From assembly GCA_965603825.1 (NCBI GenBank), contig CBFDEM010000030.1, positions 558,001 through 622,000 of the forward strand: DNA of 64,000 bases, given 5' to 3'. How positions within the stretch are numbered: the first letter of the stretch is position 1; each line of letters begins with the position of its first letter. The stretch comes from Blepharisma stoltei ATCC 30299. Taxonomy: Eukaryota > Protista > Ciliophora. Position numbers and translations under genes: made by a program. The notes beneath the pieces are model-generated. The model saw only the letters and a list, made by a program, of their open reading frames with translations. It was not told the DNA's origin and did not search any database. This document shows, piece after piece, positions 44,948 through 56,398 of this stretch.

Positions 44948-45946
44948 TTATTCTTTAGATGCCGGCATCACGTCGTTGTCCTCGATTTCTTTTATAAATA
45001 TCTTCTCAGGTGGTTTATTAGGAATATCTCCTTCTTCAAACATATAACTGCAGCCTATTGCCAGCTGCTTACCGTCCTTATTAAACGCTAATGAAGAAAT
45101 AGGGCTTGGGTACTGTTTTAGCTTCCAAATCCTTTTCTTGTGCTCCCCGTCCCAGACATTGACTAAGTTATCGCTTCCTCCTGTTGCAAAAGTCCCAAAA
45201 ACTGGGTGAAAAGCAATAGTGTTGACTGGGTAAACCAAAACTTTCCCGTTTTCTTCTTTTCTGTGGCATTTAAAAGCGTAGTTTCTAGCTTGCATTTCTG
45301 GGGCTGCACTGAAATACTCCAACCCTACCCTACCTTCTATTGAAGCTATAGCGTAGCCCAGGCCATTTGGCATACATTCAATGTACCTGGTTTGGTATTT
45401 CAAAGGAGACTCTTTCTGCTGAATTGGCTCTTGAAGATTCCTTATGTCAAAAATCAATATTTCTTTTTTATTTGTCCCGAGAACTATGTAGCCTTGATTT
45501 TCACTTATAGCTAACGAATAAGCTTTTCCTGGCAAGTTTGTGGTAGAAACCCAGTGGCTTTGAGTTCGAGGGTCCCATGATCTCATTGTAGAATCCCAAG
45601 ACCCTGATATGATGAGCCCTACTTGTGAATAAAAGCGGACTGCTTTGATAACATAGTCATGGTCACCTAAATTTTCAGTATGGTTCCTTTCAAAATCATG
45701 AAGCTGCAGATGCCGATCCAAGCCACCTCATACAGCGGTATTTGGGGTGTTATAAAAAGCACAGTCAAGAATCGCCGCATTGCCTGTGAATCGAGAAATC
45801 AAGTCACAAGAGTCTGTGTTGTAAATAGAAACTGAGCGATCCCAGCTTGATACTAATAATGTGTTAGAAGTCGGACTAAAAGCAAGCTTAGAAATGCTGT
45901 CTGCAGGAATATTTGGTAATTCTCGCTCAGTCTTGTCTGATTCCAT
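44948..45946 (-). CDS. BUB3: Mitotic checkpoint WD40 protein BUB3 (332 aa; TGA=Trp at 45728)
   Basis: LLVSSWD, ESPLKYQTR, SIEGRV..EY, YAFKCHR, YPVN.IAFHP..GTFATGGSD, LAI.CSY.FE.G. Confidence 0.92.
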
Positions 45947-46010
45947 TTAATTTGAACTTAAAATATGTATGATCCCTTAATGCAAATTTATAGGAAATTT
46001 TTAATTTTAG

Positions 46011-47879
46011 CTACTTTCTCTTCTTTTCTCCTGCAGCTTCTATATGAGCAGTTGACGGGCCTCTATTAAAAGAGCCCACTTCTTGTCCCATCACTTCTGG
46101 CATGGCTCCTTGTGGCCCTTTAAGTTTCTTTTGTTTTTTCCAATTTTTCTTCTTGTATTCTGACCTTTCTTTTTTAGGCAGCCACCTTTCAGGGTCTGGA
46201 GGAGGGTTATTAGGATTTTTAGGGTCAAAGCCTTTAGGGTATTTTGGTTTTCTTTTTCTCTTTTTTCTGGCCACTTCTGCTACTTTTTTCTCTTCTACTT
46301 TTTGTTTCCAGTTTACGTTGGCGTATTCTAACCTGTCGCAGACTCCAAAAATGTCTTCGTCACCTTGTCGTAAGGAATATAAAGCATCTTTTTTATTGAT
46401 CAGGCCTTTTTTCAAGCTTTCTATTTCTTGGAACTTTTTGTTTTTTTCAGCTTCGCTGACAGTTGGATTGGCTTTTACCCATTTTGCATAAGAGTTAGCG
46501 GCGGCAATTACTAAACTTGATCTTATAGCTTTATCATCATTTTTATTGAGAAATTGCTGGAAAACGCTAGTTGCTTTATCTAATTCGCCAATTTTCATTA
46601 ATAAATTCCCTAGAGCTTCACAGATTTTTCTATCAGAAAACAATTTGTTTCCTTCTTCTAAAAGCTCAACAGCTTGCTGCACATATCCAGCGTCTTCCAA
46701 AATGTGAGACATTGTTATATAAAAATCTTGATCATTAAAAGCGCTCTGTTCTGACTTCAGTTTCAGCGAAATCTCTGCAGCTTCTTTCTGTTTGTGCTGC
46801 TGCAACAGAATTTTTATTAGCAATAAATAAGCCCACGGCTGATGTTTTTCCAATAAAAAGTTTTTATATTCATCATTCTTTTTTTCTTTCATCAGTATAT
46901 AAGCATTGATAGAGCCTAGCCTTCTCTCGTGGACTTTATATTTTTCGCATTCTTTTAATATATCTTCTGCTTCTTGGATTTTTTTTCTTTTGAAAGCGAT
47001 CAATGCATAATTAAGCAAAATCCCAGCTTTTTGTAGAGCAGTTAACTTATTTTCATCTCCCAAAGAGCTCTTAAGCTCGTTTAAGGCTTCTTTATTTTCA
47101 TGCTCCTTTGCAACAATCAAGTTATTTTTTATCATTGCTTTTATATTTAAATCTGTGGTCTGTTTTAAGATTTCTTCATATTTTTCTATAGCAGTTTGTG
47201 TTTCTTCCATAAGTTGGTAAATATAAGCAATTTGGGCTTTGACGATCCATTTTTCTTCTTCTAATGATGAATCTTTGGTGACGATATTTTCGACTTCTCG
47301 AAGTGAGTTTAAAGCTTCACTATAGTGTCCTATATCGGTCTGCAGAATAGCTCTATTGAACAAAATTTCCCATCCACCCTCGTGCTGAAGCGAAAAATGA
47401 TTGATACCTCTATCTCCAAGTCCTGGGCCAGAAAAAGACGCTGAAAAGTTAATAAGCAGTTCTTGTGAACTTGGGTCATTTTTTATCAAATCTTCATACT
47501 CAGCGATTGCTTGCTCAAACCACGACAGGCGAAAGAACTACATAATAAATACAGCTTGAGCTCTCAGCTGACGAAAAGCTTTGTCGCTTTTTCCTTCACA
47601 AACTCTTAAGCAGTCTTCAAAATTCCCAAGCTTATAGCTTATATAAGCTCTTTCAAAATCCAAGCCCTGCACCGTTTGTATCAGCTCAAAGGCTTCTTGG
47701 AATTTTGATGTTTGGATCAAAGCGACAATTTTAGTCTTCAGCAAGTCAAGATCATTAGGCAAAACACCTTGCACTACATAAAACTTACAATTTGAACAAA
47801 TCGCCAAGATCGAGCTGTGGTTGCCGCCTTTGATTTCTTGCCAAAGCAGCTCATACGCTTTCTGAGGGTTATCAGACAT
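46011..47879 (-). CDS. SRP72: Signal recognition particle subunit SRP72 (about 612 aa; two 15-nt introns)
   Basis: FERAY..YKL and LRAQ N-terminal TPR motifs; C-terminal KKRKRKPKYPKGFDP....PDPERWLP..ERS RNA-binding motif. Confidence 0.92.
47538..47552 (-). other. 15-nt spliceosomal intron GTATTTATTATGTAG (SRP72 intron 2)
   Basis: Removes an in-frame TAG and restores LRAQAFFRL; A at position 10. Confidence 0.9.
47774..47788 (-). other. Probable 15-nt intron GTAAGTTTTATGTAG (SRP72 intron 1, no in-frame stop)
   Basis: Consensus GTAAGT donor, A at position 10, same last nine bases as intron 2; not required to keep the ORF open. Confidence 0.72.
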
Positions 47880-47932
47880 ATTTTACTTGGATTTAAAGAG
47901 AATGGGAAATTATAATAAACGGTAATCTCGCC

Positions 47933-49486
47933 ATGAAAATAACTATAAAGTGAATATGCGCTTTATCTCTATTGGTCTTGGCCTCTGCAAGTCAGAAAAC
48001 AATGCAGCCAGAGATGAAGAATAATGGATTGGCATTTTTAGAAGAGGAAGAAGAAGAGGATAGCCAAGATTTGGTCGACTCAGGATACACAGGAAGTTCT
48101 GTAAGTACAGATGAAGGAGATGAATATGATGAATATTATGAAAATGATGAAGATTATGACGAGGAAGAATATGAATATCAAGATGTCGAAAGGGCTGACT
48201 ATAGCGAATATGATAGTGATTATAGTGCTACTTATACAGCGACAGATGAGGATGAGGAAAATAATGATGGTGAAGAGGAGGAAAGTGGAGATTTAAGTGA
48301 AAATAATGAAGAAGAGGAAAGTGGAGACGAAGAAGATAGCAGTGAGGATGTAGATGGTGATACGGAAGAAGGTATAAGTGAGGGTAGTGATGAAACTGAA
48401 GAAGTAGATGAAGAAGAAAATGATTATGATGAAGATATAGATGAATGAGATGAAAATTCAGATAGTGATATTGATGAAAGTGAAGAATACTACTCAGAAG
48501 AGGGCGATTATTCTGAAAGTAACGAAGATGGAGAAGAGCTAGAAGACTATTCAAGTGAAAACTTAGATTACAGTGATGCTGATGAAAGTCAATACTCAGA
48601 TACTGACTCTGATGAAGATTTAGAGGAAGATTATGATGAAGACGCCAGCGAGAGCTATGAAATTGATGAAAGTACTGATGAAATTGAAGATTCAGAATAT
48701 GATCTTGAAGACTATTCAGAAAGTGACAGTGATGAGGATGAAAACTACTCAGACTATGACGAAACAGATGTAAGCTATGAAGATGAATCTGAAGATTTAG
48801 AGGACTATGCAAGCACAACTTCGGAGGAAAGCGAAGAAGTTGATGAAGATGAAGAGACAGATGAAACTAGTGAAGATACTAGCAGCGAGGATAGCTCAGC
48901 AAATGATGAAGATACAAGCGACGCAACAGAAGTTACTATTGAAGAAGAAAGCAGTATAACAGTCTCAGAAGAGGAAAATAGTGATAGTGAGGGGACTAGC
49001 AATGATGAAAGTTCAACTGAAGTAGAAAGTGAATCAACGGAAACAGATACTGGAGGAGAAAATGGTACAGAAGAGGCTGATGGAGAAGAAGCAGATAGTA
49101 GCGAAGATGAGGCGGCAGATGAAGATACTGGTAGTGAGGAAAGCGAAGAAGAAAGCGAAGAAGAAAGTGAAGAAGAAAGTAAAGAAGAAAGTAAAGAAGA
49201 AAGTGAAGAAGAAAGTGAAGAAGAAAGTGAAGAAGAAAGTGAAGAAGATAGCGAAGAAGAAAGTAATGAGGAAAGTGAAGAAGAAAGTGAAGAAGAGACA
49301 GAAAACTCTGATGAGTCATCAAGTGATGAGGATACAAGTGAAGAAGACAACAGTGAAAGTGACTCAGAAGTCCAAGACTCAACTGAAGAAGCCTCTGAGG
49401 TGGAAGAAAACGAAAATTCCAGTGAGTCCGCAAGTGACGTTACTGATGAATCAAGCGAGTCAACCGAAACTCAAGTCACAGAATAA
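47933..49486 (+). CDS. Secreted hyperacidic E/D/S-rich low-complexity protein (517 aa; TGA=Trp at 47951 and 48446)
   Basis: ATG 47933 gives signal peptide MKITIK(W)ICALSLLVLASA; a single GAA/GAT/AGT-rich frame continues to TAA 49484. Confidence 0.85.
49139..49294 (+). repeat. Coding minisatellite, 13 x 12 bp (consensus GAAAGTGAAGAA, ESEE)
   Basis: Units counted directly; variants ESKE, DSEE, ESNE. Confidence 0.92.
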
Positions 49487-49617
49487 TTAGCAAACTTATT
49501 TGTTTAATAATAATCTATCTTACCTTCGATTAATAAGGAGATCCTTCCTTATTTGTGATGTCTTACTTATTTCTGGGGCAGTTAATAGAATAGTGTATTG
49601 AATTAATTGCTCTCAAA

Positions 49618-50007
49618 TTATAAAGTAGTACTTAAATAAGCAATATATTTTTTTATCTGTGCTTCAGTTTTTTGCAAAGTCAAGTCATTATTATTGCTGA
49701 TTTTTTTAACTGGCTGGCAGTTTCCTTCCTTTGAAGCTATTTCTCTTTTAAGATTTGTAACATCTCTCAGTGCGATTTTTGCTTGATATAAGTCTTGAAT
49801 TGCTTTGTGCTCTTCCTGTTCCCTTCTTTTTTCTTTGGCTGACTTTAGCATTTCTTCTGCTTTTGCTCTTTGCTGATTTCTAAATGCAATATGCTCATTT
49901 CTGATGACTGTTTCCTTAAAATTCCATCGGATTTTGGGATTGTTATTCCAGCGCTTCTTATTTCGAGTGTCCTTTCTTGGAAATGATTCTGGATCATCAT
50001 CAATCAT
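49618..50007 (-). CDS. Small basic hypothetical protein (129 aa)
   Basis: Clean ORF between AT-rich spacers, ends TAA. Confidence 0.7.
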   Translation of the reverse strand: MIDDDPESFPRKDTRNKKRWNNNPKIRWNFKETVIRNEHIAFRNQQRAKAEEMLKSAKEKRREQEEHKAIQDLYQAKIALRDVTNLKREIASKEGNCQPVKKISNNNDLTLQKTEAQIKKYIAYLSTTL

Positions 50008-50166
50008 TTTTATATTTAGACAATATTGCGAAAATTTAAATAAAATAAAAATTTATATATAAAAAGAATTTAATTTTTATTTTAAGCGATAAGCAAATAT
50101 GTTTAATAAAACTCATCATATAAACAAAACAGAAATTAAATATATAATTATTTAATCCTTTACACC

Positions 50167-51114
50167 TTACCTCAAGTTAAATTGCCCTGTTTCAACGTTG
50201 AAATTTCTATGCAGCAATTTAATATAGTTTTCATCAATATCAACTGTTCTTGATCTCTCAATCAATTCTTCCCAGCCGATTTTTCCTTTTCCTCCATCCA
50301 GCAGCTCCAAAAAATGCTTCCACTCCCTCTGGCTCTGATGCGTAATTTTCAGAGGCCCCAAAATTTCAATTGAGTCCCTTGCCTGAAGAATTGTCTCTTC
50401 TAGGCATTTTAAAATCGCAATCACAAATCTATATATAAAAGACCAGCCTTTCCTAAAAAACTGGTCAAGGATGTTGACCATCTCTCTTACAGGAACTACA
50501 CTGCCAAACATCGTAAAAAGCCAGTCAGTTGCATACATTTCTGAGCTTATCCTATGCTCAGCAAACTGCCTGTGGACGTTTGGGAGTAAATCTAGGATGA
50601 GAAGCTGAATTATTTGACAGTGTTTTGATAGTCCTGGGAGTCTGGGCAAGAAAATATCCCGTAACTCGTATTCTTCCATGAGCCCAATGAAAAGTCAAAA
50701 TGCATCAACTTCGCTGGAATGCCAAAGCAGAGCTGCAACAATAAAATTCATCCCTTGGACATAGCCAAGATAATGGTCGTACTTGCTGAAAGCATAGAGA
50801 ACTCTTCGCAAAGCTGCCTGGCCTTTGGAGTTTTCTGAAAAATATTGTTCGTCAGGGTAGGTGCGAGCTAAGTCGAGCTCGATTTGTTTGGTGCTGTCTT
50901 TGTATTGCTGGGTTTCTAGAGGAGATTCTAAGAGTTCTTGGTAAATTTCTTCAGCATTTCTAGGAGGATTACATTTTAAAAGTCAAGTGGTAGCTCTATT
51001 GCATGATGTAGAGACACGAGATGGGACAAACTGCCGATAGCTACGAGTGAAGAAACTTTTATCTTCTAAATTACAGTCGCATTGTATTTCATGGGTGTTG
51101 ATAGAAACAGGCAT
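50167..51114 (-). CDS. TBC-domain Rab GTPase-activating protein (315 aa; TGA=Trp at 50983 and 50695)
   Basis: ATG 51114; QIELDLARTYP (R finger), GYVQGMNFI (Q finger), EVDAF(W)L, YATDWL.TMF. Confidence 0.9.
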
Positions 51115-51766
51115 ACTCTTAGAGTTACGCCTTAGTGTGGAGAACTTTAAGATATTCAGCTTTTCGAAAATTAATTAACATAATTAACTTTAATTTCAAC
51201 CTTTAAAAGTGGATGGAGGATTTCATTAATTAGATAAAAGAAAGCAGGCTAAGTAGCAAAGATATCGTTGAGAAAAGAAGCCTTACTGAATCAATAACGT
51301 TGTGAATTTATTAAAATTCAAAATAAATGAAAAATGAATAAATAATTCAATTTATTTTCTAGTAAGCTAAATTAATAATAGGATAGATATATGATTATAA
51401 CAATCTTGAAATAGAAATTAAGCTAGAAATATAAAGTAATAAATATAACCTTTTAGGATTCAAATAATTTTATTTTGAGTTCTAAATTAAACCTCAACAC
51501 TTAAAACAGTATATAAAATAAAGCATCAAAAAAATGCAAAAATCAAAACCCAGAATTAATGAAAATATTGTGCAGATGCTTTACTAGTAATAAGCTTCTT
51601 TAAGTTTTCAGTTGATGACCACTTAAAATAAGCTATAAGCTTAAAAAAAATATTAAGTCTATGAAATATCTAAATTCTCGAAAAAACTCCGGCTAAGTTT
51701 CAGTAAAAAAACTAAATAGTAAAAATCCAATTTCTGGCGTATAAAATATATTAAATTAAAGAGCTT

Positions 51767-52954
51767 ATGGCATCTATCAGATATTTACTTGAATCACGAG
51801 GAGGCGAGTCTTTCCCAAGAAGAAACCCCAAAACATCTTCCTCAGCTTCCAGAGTTTCTTTAAGAAACCTTGAAAACCCAAACTTAAGAGATTTGCAGAG
51901 ACTTATCCGAGATTTTGACAGTAACTTACCTAAAAAATCCCCACAACTATCAAATACTATCCCCAAACAAATTTCAGAGACTTTATCACAGCCAATAAAA
52001 GACCCACCTAGAGACTCTTTAAAACAGCCACCCAAAGACCGCCCAACAGAACTGGCAAAAGAAACAATAAATGAACCAATAAAAGACGATGGGAACAATT
52101 CGCAGTCTTTTGCTATAGAAGAAGACGTAATTGGAGAAGCCTTGGACAAAGCAGAAATAGAGTACACTTCTATTGAGGACTGTCCTTTAAGCCGCGATGA
52201 TTTGCCAATTGTAGGAGAAGCTGAGCATGCTGTTGGTTACTGCTTTTGCCACCATTGTACATGTGGCCAGCACCGTTGTCCAGGTCTTGACATTCGTGAA
52301 GACCTTGCATCCCGATCAATATGAACAACTTCATATCGTCAAAATTTTAAGTCAAAGCTCTCTGACGCTCCTCCAAACCCTAATTTCGCTCCCAGTAATG
52401 CGAGTTGCTATAAGCCATCCTATAAAGATTTGACCACTACCCAGCGAAATGACTTCAAGCCTCCTCCTCTCACGCCTCCAAAAATCGAGAAAAATCCGAG
52501 CACCCCACAATATCAGCTAAAACAGACAGCCCGAAGTTCTTATTCCCGAGATTTCCCTGACTGGAGATACGGGGCATTAATAAAAATCAAGCCTGATTCT
52601 TTACCTTACCGAGGCGGTATGTTGAGAGCTAACATTACGTCTACCTACACTGACTCTTTCAAACGTTTTGAAGAGCTTGATCAGCCTAAAAAGCGGACTT
52701 TTTCTACAAGCTGCTTAACTGAAAGGACAGGAAACGGCCCGATCAGTTTGCTGAATAATTTTTCAGGAGAGACTACATCAAGAAGCGAGTATAAAAATTT
52801 GATTTCGAAGTCAAAATACCTTAATAAGAAAATTGAAAACAAGCAAGACGCTTCTCCGCAGAACAGCGTCCCAAGAGTGCATTTTACAACGAGCTACCAA
52901 AGCGAGTTTAAATCGAAACTTCATCCTTTTGGATTGGCAAGACATAGGGCTTAA
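51767..52954 (+). CDS. SAXO/MAP6-related axonemal microtubule-stabilising protein (395 aa; TGA=Trp at 52322)
   Basis: CFCHHCTCGQHRCP cysteine motif followed by six Mn-like repeats (TTSYRQNF, TTTQRNDF, RSSYSRDF, TSTYTDSF, TTSRSEY, TTSYQSEF). Confidence 0.75.
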
Positions 52955-52976
52955 ATGTAGATTTAAATAGATTAAT

Positions 52977-53963
52977 TTAATTTGAAAGCTTGCAAATAGA
53001 CGCGCCTCGGTCGCTTGACAATGCATGCATGATTTTCAGTCCGTCAATGCTTGTGATTTTACTTTGATTTATTTTTCAAAATTTTAAAATTTCTGCTTTT
53101 GCTCGCCAAAAATCGAAAATTTGGTGGTCGATTATGGTTTCTAAGGAAGGGTTTTGCTTGAGTTCTGATAAAATGACTTTTTCACCTTTAAAGAAATCGT
53201 GAGGAATTATTAGGTCTGAGTCGTAGTTTAGTAGCTGGAATATAGAAGCCTTTATTTTATTAAAATTGTTGATTTGGTCTGGGCTGCATGATAAGAGAGA
53301 CGAGTTTATTCATTCTAAAATGCACTTAGCTTTGTATAGCTGAACTGCTTGAGCATCAGTATATCTAGGGCTTTCAATCAAAATAAGCTGATTAAAGCAT
53401 TTAAGTGTGTCGTCATCTTGGATGATATTTTGCGCTTCTCTACAAACAACCCCAACCGCTTGTTGTCGACATACCTTTTTGTCAATCCCACAAATTGGGA
53501 TTTTTTTTTTAAACTTATTCCTCAAATTCTCCAGAAAGCACATTTTAGCCTCTTCTTCAGTTTTATGGGCTTCAATTGTTTTTAAAATAGAGCTCTCAAA
53601 CTTATTCTCATAAGCTGACTTAATGATTTTATACTGTGACAGCATGTCCTCTTGAACAATTGCATCAATTTTGCCTTCCAAAGCCACAGTGCTATTTGTG
53701 TCAGCTTTTTTTTTGCTTTTAATTACTTTTCCATACCTTACTCACAGCTCTTTAGCCTCCAAAATTGCATAATCAGCCTTTTCTTCAATACTCAATGCTT
53801 TAGTCGGCTGATCTTTATTTTCAAATGGTTCACTTGCCAATGTCGCCCTAAACACGGAGCTCTCATAATTCGCATTGACAAATTTAAAGAAAAAGCACCT
53901 CATCAGCGCATGTCTAAAAAGTCCCAAAAGTGCTTCTACAAGCTCAATAAACTCTTTTTCCAT
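52977..53963 (-). CDS. Hypothetical protein (328 aa; three TGA=Trp)
   Basis: ORFs 53742..53963 and 53310..53687 plus downstream sequence form one frame interrupted only by TGA, ending TAA at 52977-52979. Confidence 0.7.
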
Positions 53964-54001
53964 TTATCCCAAACCAATTTTAAATCATTCTCATAATTAA
54001 A

Positions 54002-54730
54002 ATGGTGGTAATATCTGCTGGCCTAGTCACCAAGAACGGGAGAATTCTGCTTGCACGACAGTTTTTAGAGATTTCCAAAGGACACATTGAAGGACTGCTG
54101 AATTCATTTGTAAGGATGATTGATCCGAATGTCCAACACACTTTCATTGAAAATGAGTCGGCTCGCTTCGTGTATCTCCCATTCGAAGACCTATACCTTG
54201 TCCTCACCACTTCTAAAGACAGCAATATCGTAGAAGACCTCGAGACCTTGCGTCTCCTGTCCAAAATAATCCAGCACTACTGTCCTTTTGGCTTAGACGA
54301 AGGCAATATCTTGAAAAACTCCTTCGAAATCGTATGGGCATTTGACGACGTGATCTCCCAAGGCTACAGAGAAAGCATCACGCTAGCTCAGATGCTGACT
54401 TATTGTGAAATGGAAAGCGCTGAAGAAAAGCTGCATAAAGAAAAGCAAAAAGCACTGATGCAGGAAGCCAAAGAAGTCGCAAAAAGAAAACAGTCAGAGC
54501 TGGATAAGAAAAGAGCCGTAGAAGATAAAGAAAGGAAACGGGAAAGGAGAAGTGTCCAGGAAGAATCAGACTATATGACCAGACCAGACGTGCCAAATGT
54601 CCCGAGTCCTACTACAGTTTCGGTCACTGAAACTGTAAGCCAAATCAGTCCCCCTCAAGGTGCTTCTAAGAAGCCTGTCAAAGGTATGGTACTGGCGACG
54701 AAAGGCAAAAAAGGAAGAATTGATGCATAA
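54002..54730 (+). CDS. ARCN1: Coatomer subunit delta, short form (longin domain and helix, no mu-homology domain)
   Basis: MVVISA...G..LL.RQF..I....IEGLL..F, QHTF.E....RFVY.P, SNI.EDL.TL.LL, AFD..I..GYRE, EMES.EEK; ends TAA after KGM.L..K. Confidence 0.9.
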   Translation: MVVISAGLVTKNGRILLARQFLEISKGHIEGLLNSFVRMIDPNVQHTFIENESARFVYLPFEDLYLVLTTSKDSNIVEDLETLRLLSKIIQHYCPFGLDEGNILKNSFEIVWAFDDVISQGYRESITLAQMLTYCEMESAEEKLHKEKQKALMQEAKEVAKRKQSELDKKRAVEDKERKRERRSVQEESDYMTRPDVPNVPSPTTVSVTETVSQISPPQGASKKPVKGMVLATKGKKGRIDA

Positions 54731-54771
54731 ATATAAGCTTTAAATTGAATATGTGTGCATTTAATTAAACA

Positions 54772-56016
54772 TTAGTTGTACTGTGAAACTAAGTCACGCA
54801 GCGGGGTTGCAGATCGGTTGCCTAGCAAGTAATTGAAAGGGGTTACAGGTCTTTCGACGTTTTGGATCATTTTGGATATGTCGACGATAGGAGAAGAAAG
54901 CCGGTTACTTTCTCCTGGAGATGTCATAGCACAGCGAGATCTTTTGGCTGAGAGAAGCCGGATAGCTTGGCCATGGTCGCCGAGGACTGATTTTTTCATA
55001 TCGTCTGAGGAGTAGCAAGATATGTTTTCAATGTTGTTTAGTTTCTTTTCATAGTCAAGCAAAAATTGCTGCTGAGGGCCGAGGATTGAGCCTGGTCTGC
55101 AGATTCGGCACCATGCGATAAAATCTTCGGCAGGAAATCGGTATTTCTTTATTATATAGCAGCCGATTAAAGTACCAGTTCTGCCAAGGCCAGCTTTACA
55201 ATGGACAGCAACAGCTCCAGACTCATCTTCTATAATCGCAATAAACCTATTCACGATTTCGTCTGAAGGACAGCTTCCGTCAAGGAAGAAAAGGTCATAA
55301 TGCCGTATCCCAGCCGCCTTGAATTTTTCTTCTTCATAGGTTTTATTGTTAAGCCTGATTACGGCAGTCACATTCATATTATTGAATAAGTCGACAAAGT
55401 CCTCAGGCTTGTAACTGTACCAGTTTTCCTCAGTCGGAGAGTCTGTAGGACTGCCAAACGCCAAAAGTTTCCCTGGCAAAATCCAGTTCATGTCACCGTT
55501 TTCCACTTTTTCTCGGAATTCATAGAATTTGACGTCAAACCGATGAAAATTGAACCAATTCAGCTGCATTGCGAGTTCCAGGCCTCTTAAGCAGTGAAGG
55601 ATTGTGCAGAAATAATAGCATGGCCCCATGCTAGCATCTCGAAAAGGAAGAAAATCAGGCTGAGAAGCAAAAGGCCTCCAGGCTTCACTTGCAGATTTCC
55701 GCAAGATAATGATTTGGAAAGCGCCCATCAAATAGGCTGCATTGGCACGTTTTTCATCTTTTACGCTGCTGTAATGATAAATTTTGTGATTAATGTACTT
55801 AGGGTCTTTTAATAATTTATCTAGCTGGTAGCAGAATCTGTAGGTCATTGCAAGGTTTAAAGGACCAAAGTCCTCACAAAAAGCTTCGTACTGGAGTTCC
55901 TACGTGAATATTACGCTGTCTACACACACGAAAAAGGAAAGTGGCTTGTTTCGAGGAGGGTAGCGGTCACTAATCCAGAATAGTCGATCTTTTATGATTT
56001 CAATTGGGTTGCTCAT
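54772..56016 (-). CDS. CDC14: CDC14 dual-specificity phosphatase (409 aa; one 15-nt intron)
   Basis: EIIKDRL, Y..F..DFGPLNL, PFRDAS.G, ENGD.NWI.P.K, F.DGS.P, VHCKAGLGRTG, RPGS..GPQQ. Confidence 0.95.
55900..55914 (-). other. 15-nt spliceosomal intron GTAATATTCACGTAG (CDC14)
   Basis: Removes an in-frame TAG and restores VDSELQYEAFCEDFGP; A at position 10. Confidence 0.9.
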
Positions 56017-56398
56017 ATTGACAGATAATTTAAATAATTCCGTTAATTTTGAGTCTTGAAATTAATCCATAAAAAGATGGAAATTTATATGAATTTTTAT
56101 AAGTAATACGATTTTCTTATAAACCACGAAATTGATCAAATTTTAATAGCATATGATGCTTTATTATACTAAAGTTTTATTTAGTTTTTATTTTATATTA
56201 ATACTTAGGCTAGCAAGTATAAAGAAAATTTAAATATTTTTGGCAGCAAAATAATGCATAAAGAAAAAAATTTGAAATATTACTTATTCAATTAAACTTT
56301 CATTAACATTTGTGCCCTGAAAGAAAGTCAAGATCATTTTTTCTTATACTCATAGCAATATTTTAGCTAATTTAAAGGATTATTAGAAAATAATAAAT

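Noticed and set aside
49139-49294. CRISPR-like array
   Set aside because: Contiguous 12-bp coding repeats without spacers, in eukaryotic DNA.
48228-49490. His/Leu-rich, Ser-rich and Lys-rich ORFs over the acidic gene
   Set aside because: Alternative-frame and antisense shadows of the GAA/GAT-rich repeat gene.
8601-56016. Mitotic gene cluster (NDC80, BUB3, CDC14)
   Set aside because: Spread over 47 kb among unrelated genes; compatible with chance.
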